A DNA stretch of 64,000 bases from Kiritimatiellia bacterium (GTDB lineage Bacteria; Verrucomicrobiota; Kiritimatiellia; CAIVKH01): positions 143,499 to 207,498 of the forward strand of contig JANWZO010000001.1 in assembly GCA_025054615.1 (NCBI GenBank), written 5' to 3'. Made by a program: the position numbers and the translations under genes. Positions 1 to 10,478 of the stretch are shown here, piece after piece. How positions within the stretch are numbered: position 1 is the first letter of the stretch; each line of letters starts with the position of its first letter. The notes beneath the pieces were generated by a model, which saw nothing but the letters and a program-made list of their open reading frames with translations, did no database searches and was not told the origin of the DNA.

Positions 1-416
1 ATGGGGCGCTCTTTGAGGCGCACTCCCGGCACATGGTGATCATCAAGGACATCGAGATTTACAGTCTCTGCGAACACCACCTTTTGCCGTTTTTCGGCCG
101 ATGCCACATTGGATACATTCCGCGAGACAAGGTAATCGGCGTCAGCAAACTCGCTCGTCTTGCCGACATGTTTGCGCGCCGCCTTCAGATCCAGGAGCGG
201 TTAACACAGCAAATCGCCAACGCGATCATGGACGTGTTGAAGCCCCTCGGGGTCGGGGTGGTCATCGAGGCGCAGCACTTGTGCATGATGATGCGCGGAG
301 TGGAAAAGCAGAACTCCTTCATGATCACCTCCGCCGTTCTTGGCTGTTTTCAGGATTCGCTGCCGACGCGAACGGAATTCTTCAATCTTCTCGGGCGACC
401 GTCGCTCCACGGCTAG
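1..416 (+). CDS. folE: GTP cyclohydrolase I (5'-truncated by the window edge)
   Basis: Motifs [22 protein letters not shown] and HLCMMMRG. The frame stays open back to position 3. Confidence 0.95.
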   Translation, partial: GALFEAHSRHMVIIKDIEIYSLCEHHLLPFFGRCHIGYIPRDKVIGVSKLARLADMFARRLQIQERLTQQIANAIMDVLKPLGVGVVIEAQHLCMMMRGVEKQNSFMITSAVLGCFQDSLPTRTEFFNLLGRPSLHG

Positions 417-450
417 CCCATCACCGCATTCCAACTTGCGGGATTTTTGA

Positions 451-1110
451 TCAGGAGGCGGCGCGGACCGCAGCCAGCGCGGCCCTCGCATTCTGGATTG
501 CCAACACGGACCGCTCGGCTTGAACCAGTAGATCGACCGAGTCGCGGAGATGTTCCGCCAGAGACAGAAGCCGATCATTTTCTGAACGCATCTCGAGAAG
601 TTCCTGCTTGCGCAACAGGGAGAGGGCGGAGGTGGGCATGACCCGGAACGACAGGGTTGCGAGTCCACTGTATTCTGACTCTGGCGGCTCTGAGCCGGTC
701 GCCAGCGCGATCAGACGGCGGTGTAAGTAAAATACTTGATTGGCGACCGATTCATCCCATTCGGTCGAGAGATCCTCATACGGGGCGATGAGCGCTGTCG
801 GATACGGCACGGGCTCGTCGGCCGGCTCGATCGCGCAGCGCTGTTTCCCAATGGCAATCAAATCCATTCGCCCATCGTCATAGGTGCGTAGCAGGGTCGC
901 GATACGCATCACGCAGCCCACTTTTCGCCAATCGCTTCCATCTGAGCAAACGATGACAAATTCGCCTGGCAGCCCTTCGGATTCCCTGGCGCGACAATGC
1001 GCGATCATGGATTTGTAGCGCGGCTCAAATATGTGCAGCGGAACGGCCTCGCCGGGACAGACCGCGAGTGAAAGAGGAAATGCGGGCAGAATGCGCTCCG
1101 ACTGTACCAT
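451..1110 (-). CDS. Lon N-terminal (substrate-binding) domain protein
   Basis: LPAFPL..CPGEAVPLHIFEPRYKSMI signature. No AAA+ or protease domain. Confidence 0.85.
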   Translation of the reverse strand: MVQSERILPAFPLSLAVCPGEAVPLHIFEPRYKSMIAHCRARESEGLPGEFVIVCSDGSDWRKVGCVMRIATLLRTYDDGRMDLIAIGKQRCAIEPADEPVPYPTALIAPYEDLSTEWDESVANQVFYLHRRLIALATGSEPPESEYSGLATLSFRVMPTSALSLLRKQELLEMRSENDRLLSLAEHLRDSVDLLVQAERSVLAIQNARAALAAVRAAS

Positions 1111-1142
1111 GCTGAAGACTTTTCGCCTGCTTTGCTCCCGCC

Positions 1143-2318
1143 TTACAGCGAGCCGCCGGCCACATGCAGATCAGCGGAAGGTCGCACGACCACCGGGCAG
1201 CCGACGGCTACCATTTCCAGCAATTTTCTTGCGTTCCAGTTGGCAAGGCGGAAGCAGCCATGCGACTCGGTCTTGCCGATCTCTTCTGGAAAGGGCGTGC
1301 CGTGGATTCCGTAGCCGGGCCGGTCCAGGCCGAGCCATACGACGCCGACCGGATTGTTGGGTCCTGGCGGAAGGACCAGACGCCGGTCAATGCCCGCCGC
1401 GAGCGGATCATCGGCGAATAGCTGCGGATCAAATGTGTAATTCGGCATTTCGGCAGCGTTGATGATTTGCAGCTCGCCGACCGGCCGCTTTTCCGCGCGC
1501 TTCCCGATCGAACAGGGGAACCGGGCAATCAATCGATTTTCGGCGTCGTAGACGCGCAGGACCTTCTCCGACAACACAATTTCTACGCGTGATCCGGTGG
1601 CACGCTTGTAGGGGCGAACCTTGGGCACGCGGATGATCGTTCCGGCGGGCGGATTTGGCCAGTCAAGGCCAGGGTTCAGCTCCCGAATGAACCGCTCGCT
1701 GGCGTGATAACGCTCCGCGATAAGCTCCAGGATGGTCTCATGTCCGTGCAGATCGAGGGCGGCTCGCGCCCGCCAATCCCGCGGAAACGGGCGCAGAATT
1801 GAATAATCCGCATAGGACACCGTGTGCTGCCCAAAGGCCTCCTCATCCGGCGGCGCACGGCGGAGGATCTCCTGATCGATCTCTCCTGTGATCGGAAGTC
1901 CGGAGGCGCGCAGCCATTCGCGAAGGGCGGCGCGGGAATTCGGACCCCATCGTCCGTCGATCGCGCCCGGTGAAAAATTGTCCCGGTCCAGCATGATTTG
2001 GACCCGCGCCACATCGAGGGGCGAAAGGACAGGTGGCGGAGCGACATCCGCCGGTCCGGGCGGAGGCGGGCCCGGCTCGAAGGGTGAGGGCGGACGGGCA
2101 AATGCGAGAGGCGGGACTTCGAGTTGCGGCGCCGCAATGGCCGACTCTGCTGCAGGCGGCGGCATTGCTTCTCGGATCGGCGCATCTTCCGCCGGCGGCA
2201 CGTTAGCAGGAAGGGAAGGCGTGCCCGCAGGCGCACCAGCGCGCTGGAAAGCGGCGCAACCGACTCCGCAAAACGTGGCCACCACTGCCAACGTCAAAAT
2301 CCCCGCGAAACGAACCAT
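1143..2318 (-). CDS. L,D-transpeptidase (YkuD family) with peptidoglycan-binding and LysM-like regions, possible lipoprotein
   Basis: YGIHGT...ESHGCFRL catalytic motif, SPGAIDGRWGPNS PG-binding motif and a Pro-rich linker. Start taken at ATG 2318 because the longer ORF overlaps the tamB stop. Confidence 0.88.
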   Translation of the reverse strand: MVRFAGILTLAVVATFCGVGCAAFQRAGAPAGTPSLPANVPPAEDAPIREAMPPPAAESAIAAPQLEVPPLAFARPPSPFEPGPPPPGPADVAPPPVLSPLDVARVQIMLDRDNFSPGAIDGRWGPNSRAALREWLRASGLPITGEIDQEILRRAPPDEEAFGQHTVSYADYSILRPFPRDWRARAALDLHGHETILELIAERYHASERFIRELNPGLDWPNPPAGTIIRVPKVRPYKRATGSRVEIVLSEKVLRVYDAENRLIARFPCSIGKRAEKRPVGELQIINAAEMPNYTFDPQLFADDPLAAGIDRRLVLPPGPNNPVGVVWLGLDRPGYGIHGTPFPEEIGKTESHGCFRLANWNARKLLEMVAVGCPVVVRPSADLHVAGGSL

Positions 2319-2365
2319 ATTCCACTGCCAATGCGCGCCATACAAGGCGGGCGGTTTTCGTTTGT

Positions 2366-5053
2366 TCAGTAATCCCTGCGCCATTTGAGTCCGATGCTTT
2401 CCCGCATTCGTGGGCTGCTTTCCGTCGTTAATATAAGCGACGGAGTCAATTCCACTTCTACTGTAATCAGATCGGCCGCCCCGTTGAAACTTTTCTCGCC
2501 CCCCACATAAATGTGCCGGCCAACGTATTTCCCCACGCTGATGGCCGAAATCGCGTCGCTTGATTCGCTCTGCACCAGCTCCAACTGGTCGACGCGCAGC
2601 GCAGACTGTCCCCTCTCCAACACATCCAAGGTCCCACCGCGGCCGCGGAGCACATTAAGACCGTGCGCCAGGCGGACTGCCTGAAGCGGCGAAATGGCGT
2701 CCGTCGAACGCGCAAAGAGCAGCCGTGAGAGAATCTCCTCCACGGGATAAGGGGGATCCGATTCAAGATTCAATTCCGGCGACTCCACCGGGCCCACAGC
2801 ATAGAGGCGCGCGAACATGTCGCCTGCCCGACTCACCGCAGCGACATCCAAATAAGGGTCCGGCGGATGGCGCCCATCGAGGGAAATCACGGCCCTCTCC
2901 AAAGAAAATCGGCGGCCCATGAACAGGAAAAAGCCCCGTTCGACCGTCGCCGCCCCTCGGATTTGCGGGGCGTCTGCGGTGCCACCCAGCGTCAAGTCGG
3001 CGCGCCACGTGGAATCCAGACCACGACCTTGCACGCGGATCCCCTCTCCTTGAAGCGCTAGGTCGAGCCGAATCGAGGACAGAAGGCCTGAAGGCATAGT
3101 CGAGCGTTCCGCAGAAAGGCCGTCTTCAACGATGGGCAACCGTGCCAAGGGCGGCGGGCTTGGTTTCAAACGGATATCTGCCTCTGCGATCCGCAACAGG
3201 CCAGTTACGACAGGTGAAAGCGCCGAGCCCTTCGCAAACAGCCTGCCATCCACGCGAACAAGGCTTCCATGGTTTTTCCACACGAGGATTCGCGAAATGG
3301 AGGCTTCAGCATCGATCGGAAAGCCGTCTGCGCCCGACAGCAGGATGCTGCCCTCCATGGATAAGCGCCCCCCCGTGCCATCAACGGCGACAAATCGGCG
3401 AATTTCAAGCCCGTCGCGATTTCCCTCGAGGTCGATTTCGATGTCCTTCAGTTCGGTTCCGCTGTCCGCAAAGGATATGCGGCCTCCTCGAAGAGTAGCG
3501 CTTCCAGCGATGGCGGGGCGAGGCCAGCCGCCGGAAACCCTCAAATCGGCCGTCACCAGTCCGGCCAGTTCTGTCCCGCGCAAATCCGCAAACCTTCCGA
3601 TCTCTTCAAGGCGCATCGCCATCTGGAGTCGGCCGGAGAGCGGATTTTCCGGATCTGGTTCAAACAGTCCCCCCGCGGTCCGCCGCATGGGCACTTCCAT
3701 AGCCAGGGTGATTGGCCGCTCCGTCCAACCATGCCATTCCGCTGTCGCCAAAGCCACGACGCCGGACATGGACGCGTTCACTCGTGCCGACGCCGGTTTC
3801 GGTTGAAATTCGCCGAACGATCTCAACTGAATTCCGTCTGCCTGAACATCCAAACGCACCACAGGACTGCTGACGGAGCCAGTCCATCGCCCGTTAGCCC
3901 GGCACGCGCCCTGAACGAACCAGGCCGAGAGCGGAGTCGAGCCGATGTCCGGTGCCGACGCCGAAAATTCGGCCTCGATCCCATCTCGGGTCCAGGTTCC
4001 GGACGATTCCGCCTGCAGCCCCTGCCATGATGCCCCCTGCACATCCCAGGTCCATCCGCCCTGGCTGAAGCCAAGAATCGTTCGTCCCGTGATGGTCAGC
4101 TCTGCTCCGAGAAATTCTGCAGAAGCATGGTGAATTCGTGCGACAAACCCGGTGATCATGTCACCCCGCACGGTGGCGCGAATGATTGAATTGGAAAGCG
4201 AGCCGACTTGAATGCCCTCACCCTCCACCTCCGCTTCCACCATCCAAGACTCCTTGCGAAAGATCCGGCCCGAGATTCGACCTTCTGCACCGGCCAGCTC
4301 ATCTGCAAGGGTCGCAACCAAAGGCGATCCTGAGATCGCGATGTCGGCATCGAGACCGCGCTCCGTTCCCCACTCGCCCCACAATTCCAGCGACAGGCCG
4401 GTCGCCGTCGCATGAACGCGATCCAAAACCACACGGCCGCGGCCGCCCCGCGCAAACGCGCGGAGGCTGATCTCTTCGCCTCGCCAAACAGCTAGGCCTT
4501 CCGCCTCGAGGTCCCATCGCCCCGCTGAATAAGCGCCCCGACCTTTCGTAGAGAAGTCAATCCGTTCGCCCATCGCGCGGGCAGACACCATGCCCTCACG
4601 GATTTCTGCGTCTTCAATGCGAATCTCCCAACCGCCAAGCCATTCAGACCCAGCATTGTCTTCATCTCCCCCATCGCGCGAGAGAGGGCGCCGGATCAGA
4701 ATAAAACGGTTTGCGGCGAGCTGATCGAAGTGGAGCGCGCGAATAGCGAGCAGCCAGGGATCGATTTTCCACTCCACATCGCGGGCCTCCATCCAAGCGC
4801 CACCGGCATCGACCAAAACCAGCTCTCGGAGACATCCCTCGAAAGGAAGACGTCCGGAAAGGCCACGAATCACCGCCACCCCCTTGACCCTGCCTGAGAT
4901 CCATGCCTCAAGCCGGCCGTGTCCAAAATCTGTTCGAAACAACAGATAAAATCCCGCCACAAGTCCGACGACCAAAAAGACAATTGACGCCAGCCACGCG
5001 ACGAGCGCAACGCGAACGCATCGAAGCAGAGGATTCCCTGGGTGTCGACGCAT
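2366..5053 (-). CDS. tamB: Translocation/assembly module TamB (DUF490)
   Basis: N-terminal TM anchor, long Gly-rich beta region, and C-terminal 'LESDPPYPVEEILSRLLF...SVGKYV...WRRDY'. Directly downstream of an Omp85 gene. Confidence 0.85.
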   Translation of the reverse strand: MRRHPGNPLLRCVRVALVAWLASIVFLVVGLVAGFYLLFRTDFGHGRLEAWISGRVKGVAVIRGLSGRLPFEGCLRELVLVDAGGAWMEARDVEWKIDPWLLAIRALHFDQLAANRFILIRRPLSRDGGDEDNAGSEWLGGWEIRIEDAEIREGMVSARAMGERIDFSTKGRGAYSAGRWDLEAEGLAVWRGEEISLRAFARGGRGRVVLDRVHATATGLSLELWGEWGTERGLDADIAISGSPLVATLADELAGAEGRISGRIFRKESWMVEAEVEGEGIQVGSLSNSIIRATVRGDMITGFVARIHHASAEFLGAELTITGRTILGFSQGGWTWDVQGASWQGLQAESSGTWTRDGIEAEFSASAPDIGSTPLSAWFVQGACRANGRWTGSVSSPVVRLDVQADGIQLRSFGEFQPKPASARVNASMSGVVALATAEWHGWTERPITLAMEVPMRRTAGGLFEPDPENPLSGRLQMAMRLEEIGRFADLRGTELAGLVTADLRVSGGWPRPAIAGSATLRGGRISFADSGTELKDIEIDLEGNRDGLEIRRFVAVDGTGGRLSMEGSILLSGADGFPIDAEASISRILVWKNHGSLVRVDGRLFAKGSALSPVVTGLLRIAEADIRLKPSPPPLARLPIVEDGLSAERSTMPSGLLSSIRLDLALQGEGIRVQGRGLDSTWRADLTLGGTADAPQIRGAATVERGFFLFMGRRFSLERAVISLDGRHPPDPYLDVAAVSRAGDMFARLYAVGPVESPELNLESDPPYPVEEILSRLLFARSTDAISPLQAVRLAHGLNVLRGRGGTLDVLERGQSALRVDQLELVQSESSDAISAISVGKYVGRHIYVGGEKSFNGAADLITVEVELTPSLILTTESSPRMRESIGLKWRRDY

Positions 5054-6816
5054 CAGAAGGCCTGCCCCAGACTCAGATAGAACTGGAAAGGTTTGTCGAT
5101 CCCTTCCCGCCGTTGCAAGGGAAACGCCACGTCCGCTCGCAAGGGTCCCACAGGTGTGAAATAGCGGACCCCGATCCCAGCCCCCCAGCGAAATGCCTCA
5201 TCGAAATCGGGGATAGGATGCTCATAGGCCGTTCCGCCGTCGAGAAACACAACGCCCCCGAATTGTTCATGCAACTGCGCCCGGACCTCGGCGGAAACTT
5301 CCAGCACCGACCGGCCCCCGACGGGTTTCCCATCCTGCAGCGGGCCCAACGATTGGAAGGCATAACCGCGCACGGAACCTCCGCCTCCGGCGTAAAAGCG
5401 TTCGTCGGCGGGAATGCGCGCCGAAGCCGCGCCCACAATGGATCCGGCGAGGGCGCGGCCGGCGAACACCCAGGACCGGTCCCGAACGAGGGGCTGGTAG
5501 CGGTGGACGGCCGCGGAGGACTTGAAGAAACCGCGATTTTTCCGCTCCAGATCAAAAAAAGGCTCCGCTGCGGCAAACAGCCGGAAGCCGCTCCTCGGGT
5601 CCAGCACGAAGCGGCTTGTGTTCCATTCCATACTCGCGGGGACGGACGCGAACACGTAATTTTCCTCCTCATCGAACTGGCCCACCTCGCTGAGTCGGAA
5701 GGCCAAACCACTGCGAATCCAAAGGCGCTGCCGCCACTCCCGCTCCAGCTCCGCCGCTGCGCGTGCGTTGCGACTCCCGAACGCCTCGGTTTCCTCCTCT
5801 GCCGCACGGGCCGACAGAACCAGGCGCTGTCGCGGCCGCAGAAACTGCAAGAGAGCCAGCCGGCCTTCTGCCGCGACCACGCGTTCGCCCAGATCCGCTG
5901 CCAACCGGAGGCGCTCGGCCCGGCCCTCGAGATTTCGATGCTCCCATTCGAAGCGGCTTCGGGCGCCTTCGTCCGTCGAGTAATGTACTCCGGCCTCAAT
6001 CGTGCGCGGACGCCGTTCCCGAATGGCCAGCACGAGCGGAAGCCGTCCGCTTTCATCGACCTGTTCTGCATGGGTTAGCGATACGGATGAAAACAGGCCC
6101 AGTCTGACCAGGCGCGTGCGGATCTCCTCGAGGCAGACCGGATCATACGGGGCGCCCGGCTCCAAACCCACTTCCGCTCGCACGAACGATTCACTCAAAC
6201 GGACAAGTCCCGTGATGCTCAGCTCGCCCCAGTAGGCTTTGGGGCCAGGATCCAGTTTCAACCGAACACGAAGGAGGGCCTTCTCGTGGTCGGGTTCATA
6301 GATTCGGCGTTTGAAGGCGGCAAAGGGATGGCCACGCCCGCGAACCCATTCCAGCCAAATTCGCTCCGCAGCCAACAGCGCATCAGCACGCGCAGGCATT
6401 CCGGTTGCCCATCCCATCTCACGGGGCGGTCGCGCGAGCGACGCATCCGGCACTTCAAGCGCTACGCTTCCAAGCCGGTATCGTGGTCCGGCGCGAATTT
6501 GGAATACAACTCTCCGCGGGGTGGACGATTCGAGTGCAACCTCGGCTTGTGCGCCGTAATAACCGGCAGAACGGAGGACATCCCGCAGCGCGGGAAGGTC
6601 CTGACGTGCGCGCCAGAGTAACAGTCCGTCTGTCGGCGGAGGTCGGTCCCGGAGTTGATAGGTCTCGCTGTGGGCACGGAGGATCCTGAGCAGACCCCGT
6701 TCCGGAACACCGTCGAACCGAACCTGATAGGGCGTCGATTCCCCGGCGAGGCAGACGGCGCCGAACCAGATGGTTAGCGCGCATCCCAACGACGAAAACT
6801 CAATTTTCCGCCGCAC
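5053..6816 (-). CDS. tamA: Translocation/assembly module TamA (Omp85 family)
   Basis: POTRA-like N-terminus, RFYAGGGGSVRGY motif, C-terminal LSLGQAF. Its stop overlaps the tamB start. Confidence 0.9.
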   Translation of the reverse strand: MRRKIEFSSLGCALTIWFGAVCLAGESTPYQVRFDGVPERGLLRILRAHSETYQLRDRPPPTDGLLLWRARQDLPALRDVLRSAGYYGAQAEVALESSTPRRVVFQIRAGPRYRLGSVALEVPDASLARPPREMGWATGMPARADALLAAERIWLEWVRGRGHPFAAFKRRIYEPDHEKALLRVRLKLDPGPKAYWGELSITGLVRLSESFVRAEVGLEPGAPYDPVCLEEIRTRLVRLGLFSSVSLTHAEQVDESGRLPLVLAIRERRPRTIEAGVHYSTDEGARSRFEWEHRNLEGRAERLRLAADLGERVVAAEGRLALLQFLRPRQRLVLSARAAEEETEAFGSRNARAAAELEREWRQRLWIRSGLAFRLSEVGQFDEEENYVFASVPASMEWNTSRFVLDPRSGFRLFAAAEPFFDLERKNRGFFKSSAAVHRYQPLVRDRSWVFAGRALAGSIVGAASARIPADERFYAGGGGSVRGYAFQSLGPLQDGKPVGGRSVLEVSAEVRAQLHEQFGGVVFLDGGTAYEHPIPDFDEAFRWGAGIGVRYFTPVGPLRADVAFPLQRREGIDKPFQFYLSLGQAF

Positions 6817-6916
6817 GAGAAAACGTTATCGCGGCTCGCCATCATTACGAAAAGTCGATTTGCAGCGGAAATGACTTTCTCCGAAGGCGATAACAGCGGT
6901 ATGCTGCCTTATCATC

Positions 6917-7336
6917 ATGCGGTGGTTGGCACGGTTGTTAGGGCGAAGTCCCCGCCATTTGAAAGCCGGGAAATGGGGAGAATCGGTCGCGGCCCGCCTG
7001 CTGCGCAAGAAGGGCTATCGCATCGTCGCCCGTCGTTTGATCATCCAGCGAGCGGAAATTGACCTGATCGCCAAGCGAGATGGAACGCTCGTTTTTGTCG
7101 AGGTCAAAACCCGAGCAGAAGAGCGGTTCGGGCGGCCGGCCTCTGCGGTCGGGCGACTGAAAAAGCGCCGAATCACCCGCGCAGCTCTTGAGTACCTAAG
7201 ACATCTTCGCAGCCGACCGGATTACGTAAGGTTCGACATCATAGAAGTGATTGGTCGACCGGACGGAGGCCACCCGGTGGCGCGGCATGTCGAAAATGCG
7301 TTCACTCTCTCGGCAGGTGCGCGGCTGCCATGGTAG
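6917..7336 (+). CDS. yraN: YraN (UPF0102) family nuclease-like protein
   Basis: G..GE..AA..L..KGY, EIDLIA, LVFVEVKTR and RFDII motifs. Confidence 0.9.
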   Translation: MRWLARLLGRSPRHLKAGKWGESVAARLLRKKGYRIVARRLIIQRAEIDLIAKRDGTLVFVEVKTRAEERFGRPASAVGRLKKRRITRAALEYLRHLRSRPDYVRFDIIEVIGRPDGGHPVARHVENAFTLSAGARLPW

Positions 7337-8364
7337 ATCGGACGCTTGCGGCGATGCTGGGAGAGGCGTTCGTCGCGGCGGCAGTCATGGCCCAGCCTGC
7401 CGACTGGGAGTCGCTTTGGGAACGCGGCTTGGATGAGGCCGACCGGCATCTCTCGGCATTTGGGTACGAGATTGACCGCGATGCATTTAGGCGAATTCCC
7501 AACGCATTTGAACTTGGGGAATTTCTCTCCGGCGTCGAGGAACGCCTCGATGCCGGATCGCTGGAAGACCTCGCGTGGATTCGCCCCGAAGTTGAGGCTG
7601 CGACCTCATGGTTGGAGGGGTTCCCCGAAATGCAGCCCTACGTCAGCCGTCTGCGGCAAATTTTGGACTATTTGTTTGTCGCAGAAGTCGCATTGGGGGG
7701 TCCTCCGCGCGAACTTCCCACACCGCAGCCGCGTCCGAAAACACCGCCGCTTCTGCGGTTACCCGAGCCGCCCCGTCGCCTCGACGAGGCGACTCGTCGC
7801 CAGGCCGAGCAGCGAGCGAGATCACCTGAAATCTGGCGCGCACGTCTGGCAGGGCGGAAGCCGCCTCCGCGGGCAGCCGAACTCGTACCGTCTTTGAAGA
7901 AAATTTTTGAACAGGAAGGGCTGCCGGCGGCTCTGGTTTGGATTGCCGAAGTTGAATCGGGATTCGACCCGAGGGCGCGCAGTCCCGCGGGAGCCGTCGG
8001 CCTGTTCCAATTCATGCCCGTCACTGCGCGACGATTTGGCCTGAATACCGACCCACCGGACGACCGCTTCCATCCCGCCCGAAGCGCGAAGGCCGCGGCC
8101 GCCTACCTTAGGGAGTTGCACCGCCGATTCGGCTCGTGGCCCCTTGCGGTGGCCGGTTACAACGCCGGTGAGGGGCGCGTCCTGAAAGCCTTGCGCGCCC
8201 GAAATGGAGCAACCGGCTTCGACGAAATCGCCGATCTTCTGCCGCTGGAAACCCAGATGTATGTGCCAAAAGTTAGAGCGGTGATCGACTTGCGGGAAGG
8301 TTTGGACTTGGTAAACCTCCCAGGGCCACGCCCGAAATCGGCCCATCCACGAAACGGCATTTGA
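7330..8364 (+). CDS. Lytic transglycosylase (SLT domain, MltD-like)
   Basis: EVESGF catalytic Glu motif, GAVGLFQFMP, AGYNAGEG, ETQMYVPK. Confidence 0.88.
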   Translation: MVDRTLAAMLGEAFVAAAVMAQPADWESLWERGLDEADRHLSAFGYEIDRDAFRRIPNAFELGEFLSGVEERLDAGSLEDLAWIRPEVEAATSWLEGFPEMQPYVSRLRQILDYLFVAEVALGGPPRELPTPQPRPKTPPLLRLPEPPRRLDEATRRQAEQRARSPEIWRARLAGRKPPPRAAELVPSLKKIFEQEGLPAALVWIAEVESGFDPRARSPAGAVGLFQFMPVTARRFGLNTDPPDDRFHPARSAKAAAAYLRELHRRFGSWPLAVAGYNAGEGRVLKALRARNGATGFDEIADLLPLETQMYVPKVRAVIDLREGLDLVNLPGPRPKSAHPRNGI

Positions 8365-8427
8365 CCGTGATCCTTGCCGATCGGGCCGAATTCGGGCCGT
8401 TCGGCCGCACAGTAATTGGTTGTCGAT

Positions 8428-8904
8428 TCATGGAGCAGCGAGATACCAGCGATAAATCAGATGATTCGCGGCCAGCGCGTACAGGGAAGCAAACACATCG
8501 TCGGCGACTATCCCGAGTCCACCGCTAAGCCTCTGTAGACGAAAGGCCGGCCAGAGTTTGACGATGTCGAAAAACCGATGCGTGACGAAGGCAATCCCCA
8601 TCATGGTCCAGCCCTCCGGCTGGCCCGCGACCGGCAATCCGATTAGGCAGATGGGATAGGTCAGGTATTCATCCGCCACACAGGGTTTGGGGTCTTTCAC
8701 ACGCAATTTGTTTTCGACGGCCTGGCAAACGGGTATGGCGATGAGGGCGAAGAGCAGAGCCGCCATCACCTGACCCTCGATGCCGAAGGTGGAGTTGACC
8801 CACCACGCAAGGGGAAGGCCCAATAGGGATCCGACCGTACCGGGCGCCAGGGGAAAATAGCCGAGGCCGAATCCTGCGCCGATCCAGGCAAGCAAAGCTT
8901 TCAT
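8428..8904 (-). CDS. pgpA: Phosphatidylglycerophosphatase A
   Basis: APGTVGS, DP..CVADE, RFFDIVK and GGLGIVADD motifs. Confidence 0.92.
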   Translation of the reverse strand: MKALLAWIGAGFGLGYFPLAPGTVGSLLGLPLAWWVNSTFGIEGQVMAALLFALIAIPVCQAVENKLRVKDPKPCVADEYLTYPICLIGLPVAGQPEGWTMMGIAFVTHRFFDIVKLWPAFRLQRLSGGLGIVADDVFASLYALAANHLIYRWYLAAP

Positions 8905-10478
8905 AGCTCGTCTCCGAGCGCAAATTCATACTCGATGCGGCCCGGCCCGGGCAGCGCCCACACTTCCAGCTTGCGCTGCGGCGCAATGGCGTCGATCCAG
9001 CCTTTCGCCGCGTTCAGCCGCTCGCGGAATGGAAGCGAACCGGTCGGGTTCTCGATCAACAATTTCAGTGACCACGCCGTGATGGCCAATCGGGCCATTT
9101 TCGCACCCTCAGTTAGATCAAATCCCAGATACGCGCCCGCATTCCGCTTATGCATCCGCCCAAGAGCAGCGGACAAAGAGGTTTGATCAACGTCATGATC
9201 AGCGGCCGACCGGCTCTCCCGAAGCAACGCGAGAAGCGCTCCCGCATTGCTCGAAAAAACGACGGACCGCCCGAGGACCGCAAACGCGAGCCGCTCGTTC
9301 ATTTCAGCCGCCGCATAGGCCGAACGGCCGGTCGATTCAATCGCGTACACGCGCTGCGTCCCCACCGAGATGGGGTGGAGAACGAGCCCCCAAGGCGTGG
9401 CCGCATTAATCCGGTCAAGCGCCGCCTGAACATCCGCAACCACGGAGTCCGGGGTCTCCGTTGAGAAGCCGCCGACCAGCGTAGGCAGTCGAACCGCGCG
9501 GTAACGGCCGCTGAAGGGGCCGCCGAGGAGTGCGAAGCCCGCGGCGCCGGTGGATGAGCTTCCAAACAACGCTGCGAACTCCCGACCAAGGAGGTTGTTA
9601 GAAGCCTTGGCGAGCCAGGCAGCCGCCAATGGGCGCCCGGCCACGAGAACAGCAGTCGGCCGTTCGCCCAGCAAAGCCGCCAACTCCTTAAGATCGGACG
9701 AATCCGTAGCAACCGCTGCAGGCCAGCCGCCAGGCACAGCCACCTTTCCACGAAAGCCGCCATTCGGCCGAAAATCCATGGCAAAACGGATGAAGGATCC
9801 GCCATCCTGGCCGTTACCGATGCGGACCCACCCCCAGTCGGGAATTCCCTCATCCGGCGGTGTTCGCGGAGCCGCCGTATCTGCAAGCGAAGGGGCCAGT
9901 CCATCCACGCAGGCGAGCACATCTTCGATCCCGATCGCATCGGCGGCAATGCAGCCCACAACCATCCCTTCCACGATCGAGAAGGTGATTCGCTCGCCTC
10001 CCTTGAGACCCTTGGGAGTCCAGACCCAGACACGCCAGCCGTTTCGAGCGCTCGCCGGTTTAAGGGTCGGGTCATCTACGGACTTCAGGCTCCATCGCAG
10101 CCGCTGGCTCCTGCCGCCAAGCCACGCAGCGAAGACCCATGCCGGGCGGCCGGTTAGCGGCATCGAAGGCACATAGGCCAAAATGAGCTCATCCTGTCCG
10201 AGCCAGTCGATGACGCGCCGGATTTCTGGAGAGACGATCAGGGCCTCCCAGTCCTCGGTCTCTACCCCCATCGCGCCGGCCAAACTTTTGAGCAGGCGAT
10301 TTTCGGAGAGAACGTCCCAGCGTCCAGCCAGTCGCTGGTGCGCCGTGACCCAGGTGGCGTCGGCAGGGACGGCATTCCAAGGGCCCCTGACCGTCCTTGG
10401 AACATGGAACGCCCACCAGAGCGCCGCTCCAGCGGCCCCAAAGGCAAGGAGCCAGAAGGCGAGCCGCCTTGCGTTCAC
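8901..10478 (-). CDS. Hypothetical membrane-anchored periplasmic protein
   Basis: Long ORF with a single N-terminal TM segment. GTG start overlaps the pyrD stop and its stop overlaps the pgpA start. Confidence 0.7.
   Translation of the reverse strand: MNARRLAFWLLAFGAAGAALWWAFHVPRTVRGPWNAVPADATWVTAHQRLAGRWDVLSENRLLKSLAGAMGVETEDWEALIVSPEIRRVIDWLGQDELILAYVPSMPLTGRPAWVFAAWLGGRSQRLRWSLKSVDDPTLKPASARNGWRVWVWTPKGLKGGERITFSIVEGMVVGCIAADAIGIEDVLACVDGLAPSLADTAAPRTPPDEGIPDWGWVRIGNGQDGGSFIRFAMDFRPNGGFRGKVAVPGGWPAAVATDSSDLKELAALLGERPTAVLVAGRPLAAAWLAKASNNLLGREFAALFGSSSTGAAGFALLGGPFSGRYRAVRLPTLVGGFSTETPDSVVADVQAALDRINAATPWGLVLHPISVGTQRVYAIESTGRSAYAAAEMNERLAFAVLGRSVVFSSNAGALLALLRESRSAADHDVDQTSLSAALGRMHKRNAGAYLGFDLTEGAKMARLAITAWSLKLLIENPTGSLPFRERLNAAKGWIDAIAPQRKLEVWALPGPGRIEYEFALGDEL

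Noticed and set aside
4903..6078. 391-aa + strand ORF, and similar long ORFs at 10397-11632, 41782-42900, 44797-45726, 49228-50310 and 62499-63845
   Set aside because: They are antisense shadows of well-supported genes (tamA, pyrD, clpB, lpxD, dnaB, nqrB), expected in GC-rich DNA, and show no motifs.
6825..6894. Imperfect inverted repeats in the tamA/yraN divergent region (GTTATCGC/GCGATAAC, AAAGTC/GACTTT)
   Set aside because: Short and not concentric, so they could be chance or simply back-to-back promoters.
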